Assembly: GCA_000320545.1 (NCBI GenBank)
Contig: ADNK01001750.1
Span: forward strand, 1 to 32,176
Length of the DNA stretch: 32,176 bases
Source of the DNA: Bigelowiella natans CCMP2755
Taxonomy: Eukaryota > Protista > Cercozoa
Direction of reading: 5' to 3'
This document shows, piece by piece, positions 11,365-24,363 of the stretch (position 1 is its first letter; each line of letters opens with the position of its first letter). The translations under genes were made by a program, and so were the position numbers. The notes beneath the pieces are model-generated. The model was not told the DNA's origin, searched no databases, and was given only the letters and a program-made list of their open reading frames with translations.

Positions 11365-12356
11365 AAAGTGTTCATCTTTAAAAATGGTCTAGCGAAATTG
11401 GGAAGTTCTAAATAATCGTCGCCCACAGAAAACAACGCAGAAGATATAGAAGACGATAGCCCCTGGGACAGAAATAATTAGCATTTCTCCCTCAATACTA
11501 TATACAAGGGACGAATGCTCCATTCCCTGCCGTGACAATAGTTGATACTGCATGAAGCAAGAGCGAGCAAATACAAAATGACCACCATTTTACAACCAAT
11601 CTTCGTTCGTGCGCGCATGTCTGTTGCACTGCGTCGTAGCTGTCCATGTCGCATGCAGCATGGGTGGACTATATGCGTTTGGCGATATATGCGATGCGAC
11701 ACCATAGACAAAGTACACAATAATGCACACATATTAATGAGAGGCAATGCATGTTATTAATTATACATGCGTATCTGCTGCACGTATATATAGTGGACTC
11801 TAGACGCTTCTAAAAAACAGTGCATGTTCCCAACTGATGCACTATACAGCTTAGCCCATTAGCGAACAGATGTGCACGGCTATGTCCACGTGATTAGTTA
11901 CGCACTGGGAACGCGTACTTTACAAGAACAATGGCGCATTCATGAAGTGCAGAGATGCCTTGCAGGTGAAAGTGAGATAATAGACACAGTAATTGAGCAT
12001 TAATGATCAGTGAGCACAAACGACACATGCCCATTGTTGAGCTTCTAATATCGAAGCACACACCCAAATCGGGCATGCGACTATATTTATTAGGCAAAGA
12101 AGATCAGATGATGCATTAGTCATTAGTTTCTCCCGTGATGAAAGATGCGATTCACGCGTTGAAAATTCGCCCTATGTCTAGTTGGTGCTATCATTACTAT
12201 TGCACAGCTCTAGACATCTTGGTGGGTTGATCGTGGTTCGCAACCATCAGCATGTGTCATTGTCTAGTGTCTAAAGATGGTTACTGTTCCAAGCCTTACA
12301 GGCTCATGATTCGGCGTATGCTATGAAATGGTGCTGCATGCGTGTGCTGCCGATTG

Positions 12357-13970
12357 TCATTGCCACTTCTCTTCTCCCCCCGATCCTTCTTCCACAGATG
12401 AGGGCTGTAGTGCCGTTTGCACACCGCTATTCGGTTCAAAGTACACTGGCCCGGTGTTATCTATAGCGCCATTCACAATCCCTCCCAACATGCAGCCCAT
12501 CAACACCGTTCCAAACCTACGTCCGCGCAGGAACATCACCGCGACGTTGCGCAGATGCTTCATATCCTGAGCCAATGAAAGGAGGAGAATGTGACACCGG
12601 ACACATTGTCATTGAATAAAAGATTCATCGGGAAAAGATGCTACATCGGATCAGCTTACTGGTGAGAAGAAATGGGTAATTCTGCTTACGAGGTTTGGGT
12701 GACACAACATGCTTTCTATCTTACCCCCCTCTACCCACTCTGCAATTCTTGAATCTACATCACGGAATGATCGATATGTTTTCAAAGCATGGTCTTTTGA
12801 CCTCTTACTCCCCCCCCTCCCATTCCAGGTGTAATGTGAACGAAGTACCGTTTTCTGCACTTTGGCGCTAATAATATCTCTATGATCTTGATACATGGTA
12901 GGATAAATCCTCATTACCACAAGAGACGTCCATATTCCTGATTTTGTGTGTGTGTTTCCTTGATCTCGTGTTTATAGACTTGACGTACGATGAACAACTA
13001 CTGCCACTCGCGGCTTTTTGTTTTCCAAAAAAAAGGAGCGACTCTTCTCACTTTCTACGAGGTGTAAGGACCGTATATCTCCCCTCATTAAAACGAATCA
13101 AAAACATCAAAACCATGTCCAAAAGGCGATTAGCCGCCCCCTGCCGGATATCCAGGCTCATCATCCCAAAAAACGTTAAATTTCGAGCTTACCGCACAAG
13201 AGCCCAACGACAGTTCTGTTCGCCGGTTCACCGTAATAGATGTTGTCGATCGAGCTCTTTGTGCTTTGGCCATTCTTTCCGTCCTGCTCAGTAGTATCAT
13301 CCGAGGAGGAGGAGGAGACGAGCTCATCCGTCGGCTGCGGACGTAACGTTGAGGCCCAGAGGGGAAAGAGTCTTGCTCCAGCGTATCTGAAAGATATCTT
13401 ATATTTGTACTGCAACCACACGAAGAGAAAGGGTAATAATATGCTTGTTTTAAGATAGAGGGTTGGGTTTAACAGCACGGCGGCGAGTGGCCAAAGAGGA
13501 GGCGAGTCATGGCAAACGCACGTTCAAACGGCAATGCCACATAGCAACATTGCTGTGCATAACAACACTAGTGTCTCTGACTGGTTTGGATGTTTAGAGA
13601 TGTTATCGTACCTATAGAGTTGATATACGCATACCCATCCAAGGGCTGAGGCAGCAGTCCCGATCATCGAGCCTGCTTTTAAATACATCCTCTGCTTTAC
13701 GAATTCCGGCACCTGCCGAGTGCTTTTCCCTTTTTGTTCACCCGATTCCCCGGGAGTTTCCCCTATTATTATGATCATGTCAGGCCGGCCAAGTTTGTGT
13801 GATATACCCCCCTTCCCCTTTGCGATCTGGGTGGTTGAGTACGGAACTTAGCGAATGCACGGTTTTATACATAGAACTATTTGGAGATGTATTGTGACTA
13901 CCGCTCATACGTCGACGGTTTGGCTCTCGGAGGAAGCATCTACGCTTTGGTAGACGTCTACACATGGTTG
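12357..13970 (-). CDS. Hypothetical multi-exon protein with short Gly-rich hydrophobic segments; exon structure unresolved
   Basis: Coding-like minus-strand segments: ~13760-13630 (GETPGESGEQKGKSTRQVPEFVKQRMYLKAGSMIGTAASALGW), ~13350-13190 (LRPQPTDELVSSSSSDD...GLLC) and terminal ~12570-12357 (DMKHLRNVAVMFLRGRRFGTVLMGCMLGGIVNGAID...KWQ*). No family recognised. Confidence 0.45.
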
Positions 13971-14421
13971 GCTGGGCGCTGCCTGAATGAGGTGATACTG
14001 AACATCATCACTATTCCCTTTCCGCCCCTGTTTTCAGCTACCTGGCATCCATCTCCGAGAGTAGGAGCAGATATGAGAGCGCATACTAGGAACCTGACAG
14101 AATGTAGCCGTTGTCAGAGGAAACATTCTCTCCCCTCATGTGGGAGTCATTACTGCCACTGGTGTTCGAGGAGAGGGGGGCGAGCAAGCTGCTGAGAGGT
14201 TGATACGACCTCGATTACGATGTTTTCGGTTAATATTTATGACTTGCGACAATTGACGGAAACTGTATTCTCGTCGGACTTTCCCCCTCGAAGTTGGCCG
14301 CTGTTTTCTCCATCTTTCTTCTTCTTTTATTTGTGCAACGAGTATACATCACAACAACTTTAAGTATGGTGGTCGATATTAGATGTTTTCTCTGTCTTTT
14401 TTTTTTTTAAGCAATGACAGA

Positions 14422-14635
14422 ATGGGCAGCTGCAGCAGCAGCAGCAGCAGAAACAGTGGGACGATGTCTGACATCCTCAAAGCAGCAAATGACAACGACC
14501 TTCCTCATCTCAAGCGTTTGGTTGAGTCAAAGGCCAACATCGAGGCGAAGGACAGATGCGGTGGGCAGCGCAGTAGCAGGGTCCATCGGAGGAAAATCAA
14601 GAATCGTTGAAGAGAGCGATCCGGAACTTCAATGA
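14422..14635 (+). pseudogene. Ankyrin-repeat gene fragment, frameshifted/truncated
   Basis: ATG 14422: MGSCSSSSSRNSGTMSDILKAANDNDLPHLKRLVESKANIEAKDRCG matches the ankyrin pattern AA..g.l..lk.Lve.kAniea.D.yG. The ankyrin-like continuation AVAGSIGGKSRIVEE is in another frame and both frames stop by 14635. Confidence 0.6.
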
Positions 14636-15263
14636 GTTCTTCAGAACTCTCTTGCGACTCCGTGTTCGGGGACAGCCAGACAGCGTTGGATGCATGGGAG
14701 CATTCGACTTGGCTGCGAGGTCAACCGTGACGCACGTGTCCACCCAATTGATCTGGAAATCTGGATGCGAAGTGTTGAAATTCGCGCACCGCACGTGCAT
14801 TGCAAAGCAACTTGCAAGCTGCCGGTCTCACCAATGCGTGCGGACTCGACTGCTGTGATTGCTGCACGGACACACCGTGATCACATTTTCAATTGCACGC
14901 CACGCGTGCGAGCAATGAAACAAAAGCTCAAAGTGCAGCTCAATGCTGTTCAAACTTGTCACGCTGGCACGCTCCGCACGTGCACGTGTCATGCGACGTG
15001 GAGCTCACGCACAGTGCCTCGCTTTGCAATCGACACACGACGCGCACCACGATGCTCGTGCACATGGAGGTGTTGCTCTTTCTTTTGCGTGGCACCGTCA
15101 TTGCGCATCGCCTGCTGCCTTTGAACACAGCTGCAGATGCGCATGGATGGTGTTCGCGCGAGCGCGCGCGCGTTTTCACGCACAAGAAATGAAATGCAAA
15201 GCGACCCCAACGCACAGAGTTGAAATTTGCCATGACGCATGAATTGGTTCAAAATTGACAGAC
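14576..15263. other. 688-bp tract containing no TpA dinucleotide
   Basis: Last TA at 14574-14575, next at 15264-15265; only one TA between 14410 and 15263, despite roughly balanced base composition. Confidence 0.85.
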
Positions 15264-15293
15264 TACACTGTACACGGTGTGCAAACGAAAAAT

Positions 15294-15659
15294 TATTGTG
15301 CTAAAAGAAGTCTACAAAGCAAGCCTAAAACTATTTCCCTCGCTTTCTTTCTTTTCTTTCTGTTTCGTTGACGCTCGCAAAGCTCTTGCCCTCTCCAGCA
15401 TTGTCATCTGTGCACTCCTTTTCTTTATCGGTGAGGCCATAGGCGACGCAGTTCCAGATGGAGACGCTTTGCTCCCTATTGTGCTAAAAGAAGTCTACAA
15501 AGCAAGCCTAAAACTATTTCCCTCGCTTTCTTTCTTTTCTTTCTGTTTCGTTGACGCTCGCAAAGCTCTTGCCCTCTCCAGCATTGTCATCTGTGCACTC
15601 CTTTTCTTTATCGGTGAGGCCATAGGCGACGCAGTTCCAGATGGAGACGCTTTGCTCCC
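15294..15659. repeat. Exact 183-bp tandem duplication (15294-15476 / 15477-15659) containing the terminal exon of the giant gene
   Basis: Both copies read tattgtgctaaaagaagtctac...gacgctttgctccc with no difference seen; TA microhomology at the junctions. Confidence 0.95.
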
Positions 15660-16446
15660 TAGTAAATCAACAAATATTGTAAGAAAATATGGACGGGAGA
15701 TGATAAGCTTGTCTAAGAAAAATGATCTCTGGCATGAAACCCGCAAGCGAGGAAAAATACAAAGCCCCGCCCCCCTCCCAACCACCCTCAGTACTTTCAA
15801 GTTTAGGGCTTGGCTTTATTGGAGATATTGGCGGAAGAACGTTATCGTTACGATATGTTCGTGGAGTGGGAGATCCTGCGGGAGAACCTGCTCCGCGCAG
15901 CTGCTTAAGTCTATCAGCTACAGATAGCGACAACACGCTGCCTGTGAGGATTTTTTTGCCTCCTCCTCTTCCTCCACCTTCTCCTTTTCCTCCGCCTCGT
16001 CCTCGTCCCCCGCCTCCTCCTTTTGTTCTATCTATTGTTCCCATACTATTAGCCTTCTTCAGGGCGCTCAGTTTGGCTAGAGCTTGCTCTGCACGGCCCA
16101 GCGCCGCACTACTTTCATCCCCCATCGCCGCACCAAACTGCTTGGTCTCCATAACTTGCTCCACATCCTCGGCAACGACAACAGGCATAGTCTTTTGGAA
16201 CCGACTCTTCCCTGCACGGGGTGTCCTCACCCCACGATTCGTATGCGGACTCCCAATGAGCAACGACGAAGACGACGAAGATAACGGGGTCGCCGAAACA
16301 ATTTCTGCCGCTGCTTTTTCTTCTCCTTGGGCATCTCTCTTCAACACCTTGCTTTGGCCTCGAAGGAGCTCGATTCGAGAATTGATTTCGTGAAACTTTG
16401 GCTTTGTTATCAATGTAGCGTCTGGGGCGAAGGAAGCCTGAAGCGA

Positions 16447-16498
<52 letters not shown>

Positions 16499-16533
16499 AC
16501 AATCATGCACATACACCCACCAACCCGCACACA

Positions 16534-16571
<38 letters not shown>

Positions 16572-19500
16572 ACAGGCACACAAACACGCACACGGGAGCC
16601 AATAACGTAGAAAGTTAACATTTCTGAAAGCTTTGCCCGCACACATACACACCTCCGCCCTAATCGGACTAATCGGAGCGAGCTCAATTCCCACGTCCCC
16701 ATCGAGCGGCGCGTCTTTCCTCTCCTCCCTCAGAGGCGACAAAGGACTCAACATAAGAGATCGATCGAGGCTCCGAGCTCTCTCCTCATCACCAATGCCA
16801 TTTTCATCATCAAAATAATCCGAATTCGCCCCTGATTTCATTGCCGTCTTCCTGCCAGGAAGCCTCCCGAACTTAGTGCCGGTCACCGTACCTTCTACGC
16901 CGTGAAGGTTCATTACGCTCATACTGGCCAGGTGTTTTAAATCGAACTTCAACCCATCGGTACCCTCCCCTCGAGCTACAGCTTCTGCCTCCGCGCGGGG
17001 GTCTAGCACAAACTCCTTATACATATCCTTCGCAATCAGGAACACCAGCGATATGTAGAAAATGGCGTTCGCCGTCACAATGACGAGGGTCACTGAAACG
17101 CTGCCGTAGACCGGGATGGGGACGTACAGAAACTGCCCGAAGAAGAACGTGATGAAGCTCACCAGGAGAGACGCGAACTCCACCATGTTGACCAGGAACT
17201 CCTCGAACGGAAGAAACTTGAGCTGCAGGCAGATGACGATAACGACAAGCAGGTTCGCGAGCAGCGCCTGGATCACTGGATGCTCGAAGAATACAGCGAT
17301 CGCCACCACCGCAACCTTGCGGAGGATGATCGAGACCTCCCAGCAGTAGAAGTCTTTCTTGTACCCTGAAAACAGCAGGAACAGCGACATGCTCTTCCGA
17401 GCACGGTTGAACTTCTCGAGCTCGTCGTCCGCAATATCCTCTGGCCAGAAGAGCGGGATGTTGTTGCGATGTTTCAGCAGCTGGCGAAAGCACATCACAG
17501 GGAATCCTACGACGTACAGAACGAGCATTGGTACCCCTAGAATGAGCAGGAAAGCGAGGTGGCTCTCCCCCCCACATAGCTCATGCATATCGGCGATGAG
17601 CCGCGCACTCTCGGAGGTGGTCCCGAGCGTCTTGCAGTTGAACAATTTGAATGTCTGCATTACAACGGAGGGGTAGAGAGAAAACGCGATACTTATTAGC
17701 GCCGTCCGGTACTGCCCCCACCACCGCGAGTTCTCCATTTTTCTCACCTCGCTATTTAGTAACGCAGTATCAGCCTCTCCTATTGGGTCGACGGACCCCT
17801 GCGAAGGAGAGCTGTCAGCTGCTTCGCCGTTTGGAACAACCTTGCCCTTTAAAGGGAGCAAGTTTGTGTTGCTATCCACGCTTCGTACACTTCTGCTAAT
17901 GCCAACGTTAATACTCTTAGAATCTCCGCTCAAAATAACTCCTTCAGTATACTTCTCGCGATCTTCTCCCTCATCCTCCTCCTCCTCCCTTTCCCCCTTC
18001 TTGTCCTCTCCGCTACAAAACGAGCAGTTGGACAACACCGCCGCCATCATCGCCAATATCGGTATGAGGAGCGGGAACAGCGCAATAACGATGCAGTTTA
18101 TGTAGAATGGACGGATCCCAAAAAAAATATCGGTGCCTTTCACAGCGCACTCCACGTTCATTAGAGAACCCATTGCATTCCCCCCGGAGCTCTGCGCGCT
18201 GAGAATCGATTCCACGGCGAAGGGCCATTTGTACTCGAAAGAAGCCGCAATCGCGTTGAACTGCAGAGAGTTGAAGAAGATCTTCATCAGAATTGAGGAG
18301 CGGGCCTTGGCCTTGCCCCCCCGCGCCCCCTGCTCCGCCGCCGCGACGTTCAGGTACGTGAGTCCGAGACCGACTGCAATGACCAAGATCCACGCACCGG
18401 CAATCTGCGCAATGTTCTGAGCCAAATTGCCGCATTTCTCACAGTCGTACTCGCCGAAACGCCCGAAGCCTTCCTGGCACTCTGTGCAAAGCACGCCTTC
18501 GTATCCCTCTTTGCACTTGCCGCGCTCGCCCGGGCAGGCCTCGTTGACGCACTCGATAAACTCGAGTTTCCCCGACGATTTGTGCACCCAGGGATCGAGC
18601 CAGAAGAGCTTCTTCGGCTCCACGTAAGGGTCGGTGAGTCCAGCCACTTCACAAACGCCACCGGTTGGGCATGTTAAACATTCATTGGGGTTGCCTACAC
18701 GATTGACGTCGCTCTCGTATGAGAAGTAGCCTTTGTTGCAGTCGCAGTCCAAGAGTGTCGTTCGATTCTTCCTTGCGTTGGTTGTGCAGAGGTTGCACTC
18801 GGTGGAGTTGTGGTTTGGGACGTTGTTGCCTGTGCACGGCAAGCACTCGGCGAAGCCAACTGCAAACGAGATGGACCCTGCCGGACATGGAAAGCATTGC
18901 GTCGACCGCGGAGTAGGCGAGTAGTACCCAGGCCCGCAATCCTGGCAAACGGTGGAGCTGTCAGGTATGTTCGGTTGGAACTGCCCGGCTCCACAGTCGT
19001 TGCAAATGTCGCTCCCCAGCGTTTGCCCCTCCACGCAAGGGGAGACGAACAGCGAGACGGCGGGGGTGGAGAGCGTAACCTTCCGTTCCAATCCTTCATA
19101 GGTTCTCCAGCTTACCTCGGTCTCCGTGTACAGTAGGAACGTCGAGTTGGGTATCGAGCGAATCGATGGCTTCGAGGAATCGTCGGCCGCCCTAGGGCCA
19201 GAGCAGTTGGCGCCAAAGCAGCCTTGTCCTCCTTTCAATATCACCGTTTCTCTTGACAACGTGCCTGGGTTTCCGCTGGTTGGCGTGACCTTCAACACGA
19301 TCGTAGCCGCCGTTTCTAACGCCGCAGGGCGCCCGTAATCATCTTCCAGGGTTACAATAATCTCGCCGGGGAACGAGTCCCCGCTTTTGACCGCGATGTT
19401 GCTCGCAGTCCAGCGAATCTTCGTAGGGGCGCTGGCTAGGTCTCCCGGCGTGTTGTTCTGGAACATGACCGAAGCGAGGAAGGTCGGTTTGGATGCGAGA

Positions 19501-22061
19501 GGGCTCCAATAGATCGCGCCCCCGGAGCCTTCAACCACCTCATTCCCGGCCATCTGCACGTTCTCGCCAAAGATGAATCTCCCGCTGTTCTGCGGTGGAG
19601 TGTCTGACAAATACAACGCCCCGCCCATTGAATAGCTGCGAGCAGTCCGTCCGGAAGGGTCTTTAGACATCTCCACCTTGTTCCGAGAGAAATTAGTAGA
19701 GGAAACGTCGCAGCCCGCCCCTCCATCGAACGAGACAGCGCCCCCTGCGCCGCCCCCATGGTTGGCAGTGAATGATACGTTTCTAGTCTGAAGATACGAT
19801 CCATCAATACAAGCTAATGCCCCGCCACGTTCACCTGCCAGGTTGTGAGAGAAAGCGGTGCTCGCAAGGAGCAAATCTACACCCACAGCTGCGATTGCCC
19901 CCCCTCCGGAGGCTCTATTCGATGAAAAGGTTGAAGAGAAGACGCTCGTGTGAAAGACGGCGGGCTTAGCAGGGGAGGACACATTTGTACCGTTTGATGA
20001 ATCGGCTTCTTGAAACGGCAACACGGAGGTGAAAATGGCGCCCCCATTCCCTCTCTTAGCCGAGTTGTTCCGAAATTGGGACTGCCTCACTACAAGCGAC
20101 CCGGAGCTTTCAAAGTAAATGGCTGGTCCATTCAAAATGCAAGCATTGTCCTCGAAGCTGGTGTCCGAGACACTCGCGCTACAACGACCCTTGCACACCA
20201 CCGCCGCGCCGGAGGAAGTGCCCCGGTTCGCCGAAAACGAACAGTTTTGAATTGTGGTGTTGGAGGACTGCAGTAGTGCTACCACCCCAGCCGCGTTTGA
20301 ATCTCGCACGGAAAAGCCCGCCTCGGAGAACGTCGAGCCTCGAAGATGGACTGATGCTGTTCCCAGCGCCAAAATCCCACTGGAACCTCCCATCGCGCTA
20401 CCTCCCTCGAACGTCGAGGAAGCGATTTTGATGGACCCGTACTCGCTTATCCTGGCAATGGGCGCCGCGAGAGCCTTCGCGCCTTTGCTGCTCGTATTGG
20501 TTATGTCAACAGTCCCGTAGTCCTTGACGTAAGCTATTCCGCCCTCACCCTCGGCTTTTGCATTCACGACAGAGCTCCTTGCAATGCTGGCATGCGAGTG
20601 GCCGACCGTGGCGAACACGCCGCCGCTCTCCCCAAGGGCAGCGCATCGGAGGAGGCGGCACTGTTCTATGCGTATCATGGCGTTGTCAAGGGTATAGGCC
20701 ACCCCCCCAGATGTTTCCGATGTTACCTCGGTCAGGTTACTGCGCAGTATTGTCACCATGGAGGTCTGCCACACGTATGCGACCCCCCCCGCTCTTGCTT
20801 TGAGGCCTTGTAGTTCTGAATCTAAAATATTGACCCTAGCCAAAGCCCCGGGAAGATACAAGAGTCCTCCCATTCCACGGGAGTAAATATTGAAGAACCT
20901 GGAGCGAGAGATGTGTATTTGAGCCCCGAAGCTAACGTAGAAACCGCCCCCGAAACCAACCGTCCTGACATCTTCCATCGTCACGTTGGATAGAGTCGAG
21001 AAAGCTGACGCTCCGAGGTGGACCAACCCCCCTTCGCCGCTCATACGAAGACCCTTCACCGTGAGGTTTTGCAACCTGGTAGTCGTGCGCGCGTCCTGGG
21101 AGATGGCCCCACTCACACCAGAGCAGAACTTTATATGGCCTCCGTTCCATTGCAAAGTCCCTTGCCCCGTGAGCCGGACGGCAGCTCCTGCCGGCGCCGA
21201 TGCGTTCTCAACGCGCACCCTCTCGAAGCTGAACACGTCCCGTGCGCCGGATAGGTAAAACGCGCCTCCGTCATTGCCCCGGGAGGTGCTGTTGCTGTGC
21301 AGAGTGTCGGAAATCGTCCCGCTCTCAGATAGATACACATCCGCGCTGTGGGTGACAGCCCTGTTGGACCTGAACGTGGATTTAGACAGAGTAGTCCTCG
21401 GCGCATAAATGCCGGCAGTCGTCGTTCCGTAATTTCGCTCAAAGAGGGAGCTCTCCACAGTGATGCCAGAGAGCGAGCTGATGGCTCCGAATTTCGCCTC
21501 TCCATCCGTAAAGCTGCATCTAGTCACGGTGAGCTTTATATATCTGTTGGCGTTTAGCTCGATCGCTGATGCCATATCGTTCCGATTTCTCGCAAACTGC
21601 GAGTCTTTCACCTCTACCGCGAGCATCCTTCGAGGGTTATTAACGTAGATAGGCACCTGTCCTTTCAGAGAATCCGTGATTGATATGTTTTGCAGCTTTA
21701 AGTGACCAGCACGTGTATCGGGTACACCGTTGAGGCTGATGACCGAGGCGCGTGTGTCGGAATCGGCGCTGGCATTGACGAACTGGCAATGCGAAAAGTT
21801 GCCTTCAAAGGTCATAAAGCTTTTGAGTGCGAAGATCGGAGCATAAGTGCCGGCATTGAACACGCGCATGTTTCGGAAGGTAAAAATCCCATTTTGGCCG
21901 TTCTCGGAGTATAGGAAGCCTAGGTTGCTATCTGCAAACGACACATTCGATACTGTTGTTGTTATCGATTGTATAGAATTCGCAGCGTTAACGTAGAAGA
22001 GGGCGCATTTAGAGTCTTTTCCACAGCTCTCCTAGAAGTAGCACAACAACAGTGTATTATC

Positions 22062-22143
<82 letters not shown>

Positions 22144-23410
22144 GTGTGCGCGTGTAAGTGCGTGCGTGTGTGAGTGCGTGTGTGAGTGCATGTGTGGGTA
22201 AGTGTTCAGCATGCCATGTCATCGGCCGCGCGCATACCGAAGCGCCATTCGTTGATAGACCGCTAAAACGTGTATTCTCGACTGTGAGGACCACGTCCAC
22301 CGTTTCAGCGAAATTTTTCCCAACCATTGACTTCGGGCCTAGCTCTATCGTGGCGAAATTTTGAGCGAGCCGCACCCGGTCAAACGTCGAGTTTTGGACT
22401 TTGAGGCGAATGGATTTGGAGTTGAGGCTAGTCCTTGAAATCGATACGTGAATCATGCCGTTGGTGGTTTCCACAGCTTCCCCCGGCCAGGAGCAGTCCT
22501 CCATTGCAATGTTCGCGAGCGTCCATTGCTTGTGCCATGAGCTCTCGTATTCCCTCGAGTCGACCGTTCGATGGATAAGGGTGAGGTTCGCCGAGCGGAG
22601 CGATGAGTTGCTTATAACTAGGTTCCGGGGGGACGTGGTTCCCCTCATCAAGACCACGCTCCCAATCCCCGCCGCCCCGTCGCTGCCATGGCCGGCGTTG
22701 CCGATGTCTTGTAACTCGAGCCCATCCAGGTAGCAATCGTTTGAGTTGTACTCGGAAATCAAGGTAACGGAATTGCCCCCCCCCCCCCCCCCCCCCCCCC
22801 CTCCCCCCCCTCCTGCGGTAGGATGTAAGCTCGCCAGTGCATACGAGCAATTCTCGAGAACCACCGCATCCAAAGAGACCCGTGTGATCCTGACGTTGGT
22901 CAGATGCAACGTACTGGCCATTCCATTCATGTGGACAAGAGCCTTCCTGCTGGACGCGAGATTGGAAGTGGCGCTTGATGGCAGCTCGAAGGGGTCGGAA
23001 AAGACGATGTCGTCCAAGGTGATGCGATCCTCCGTCGTGGCCATCTTCAACAGAGCGCCTACTCGTTGTTCGCACGGAGAGAGGAAGACAACGGCAAGCA
23101 CACAGAAATCAGAATAACAATTGGAATGCTGCCGTCCATCAAACAAATATGTTCGCGTGTGAGAGAGAGAAAAAGCGAGCTTAGGCACGATGACTTCGAC
23201 TAAGGCTGTGTGCACGATATATTTTTGATCGCATCTAAGGACATTCACACCGGTGTACTGTGACGATTGCTCAACAGGCCCATCCAAATGATACCCAGTT
23301 GGTTCAGATACCAAGGAGTCGTTAAAGGCGTAGTAAATCTGGTAGAAATTCATTTTGTAAGTTCAGAATCGAAATGCTACTTCTTTGTCTCTCTCATCCT
23401 GGCCCCGTTG

Positions 23411-23451
<41 letters not shown>

Positions 23452-24317
23452 CCCCACGATTTTACTGTCACATTACTATCACAAGTCAAACTTTTTCTTT
23501 GGAAATCAAAGCAACGACACGGACTGGACTGAATATTTATTGATATGTGGTCCTTCTATAACCCCCTCCCCCCCCCCCTCCTAATCAATTTCTGAACAAT
23601 TCGGCTCTGGAAACCAATCTTTCATTTGTTAAAGCAAATGCGTGGAGAAAAAGGAAATTTATCAATCAAAAAGGCAGCAAATGTACCCCGAAAGAGCAGC
23701 TGTACACTTTTACATCTCTAAGAGAGACGGAGTGATTTCCACCAACTATTGCCATCTCTACGGTAACCACTGTTCCACCACCACCACCACCACCACCACC
23801 ACCACCACCACCACTACCACCCCTGCAAACAAATAAGCATAGAATTTAACTCGAATCATCCTAATAAGAAGCTCGTTTCGCTTTCATTCTTTCACGGTGT
23901 TTTGGGGTGTGTGTGTGAGAGTGTGTGTGCGTGTGTATGTGCGTGTGCGCGTGTGTGTGTGTGTGAAGCACGATCGAGGTTTCAGCTTGTTTTGTAATTC
24001 TTTTGTTTTTCAGTTACCCTCCACTTCCACTCGAGCCTCCACTCAGCGAGCCTCCACTCAGCGAGCCTCCACTCAGCGAGCCTCCACTCAGCGAGCCTCC
24101 ACTTACTGTTCCCCCACTTACTGTTCCCCCACTTACTGTTCCTCCGCTGCCCTGATGGGGGGGGGGGGGGGGGCGAATCAGACATCGCACGCATGGTGTT
24201 CAAACATGGGTAAGGAATTCGTAAATATTCACATGCATGCATTATGTGTAATTACTATAAAATATCATTTATACAATTATATATAAATATATGTACATAT
24301 ACATATATGTATAATAT

Positions 24318-24363
<46 letters not shown>

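Noticed and set aside
14597-15252. Stack of overlapping ORFs on both strands
   Set aside because: Without TpA only TGA can stop a frame, so long ORFs are expected by chance.
15277-15927. 216-aa plus-strand ORF with duplicated hydrophobic segment
   Set aside because: Antisense shadow of the duplicated minus-strand terminal exon, which has proper splice signals and phase.
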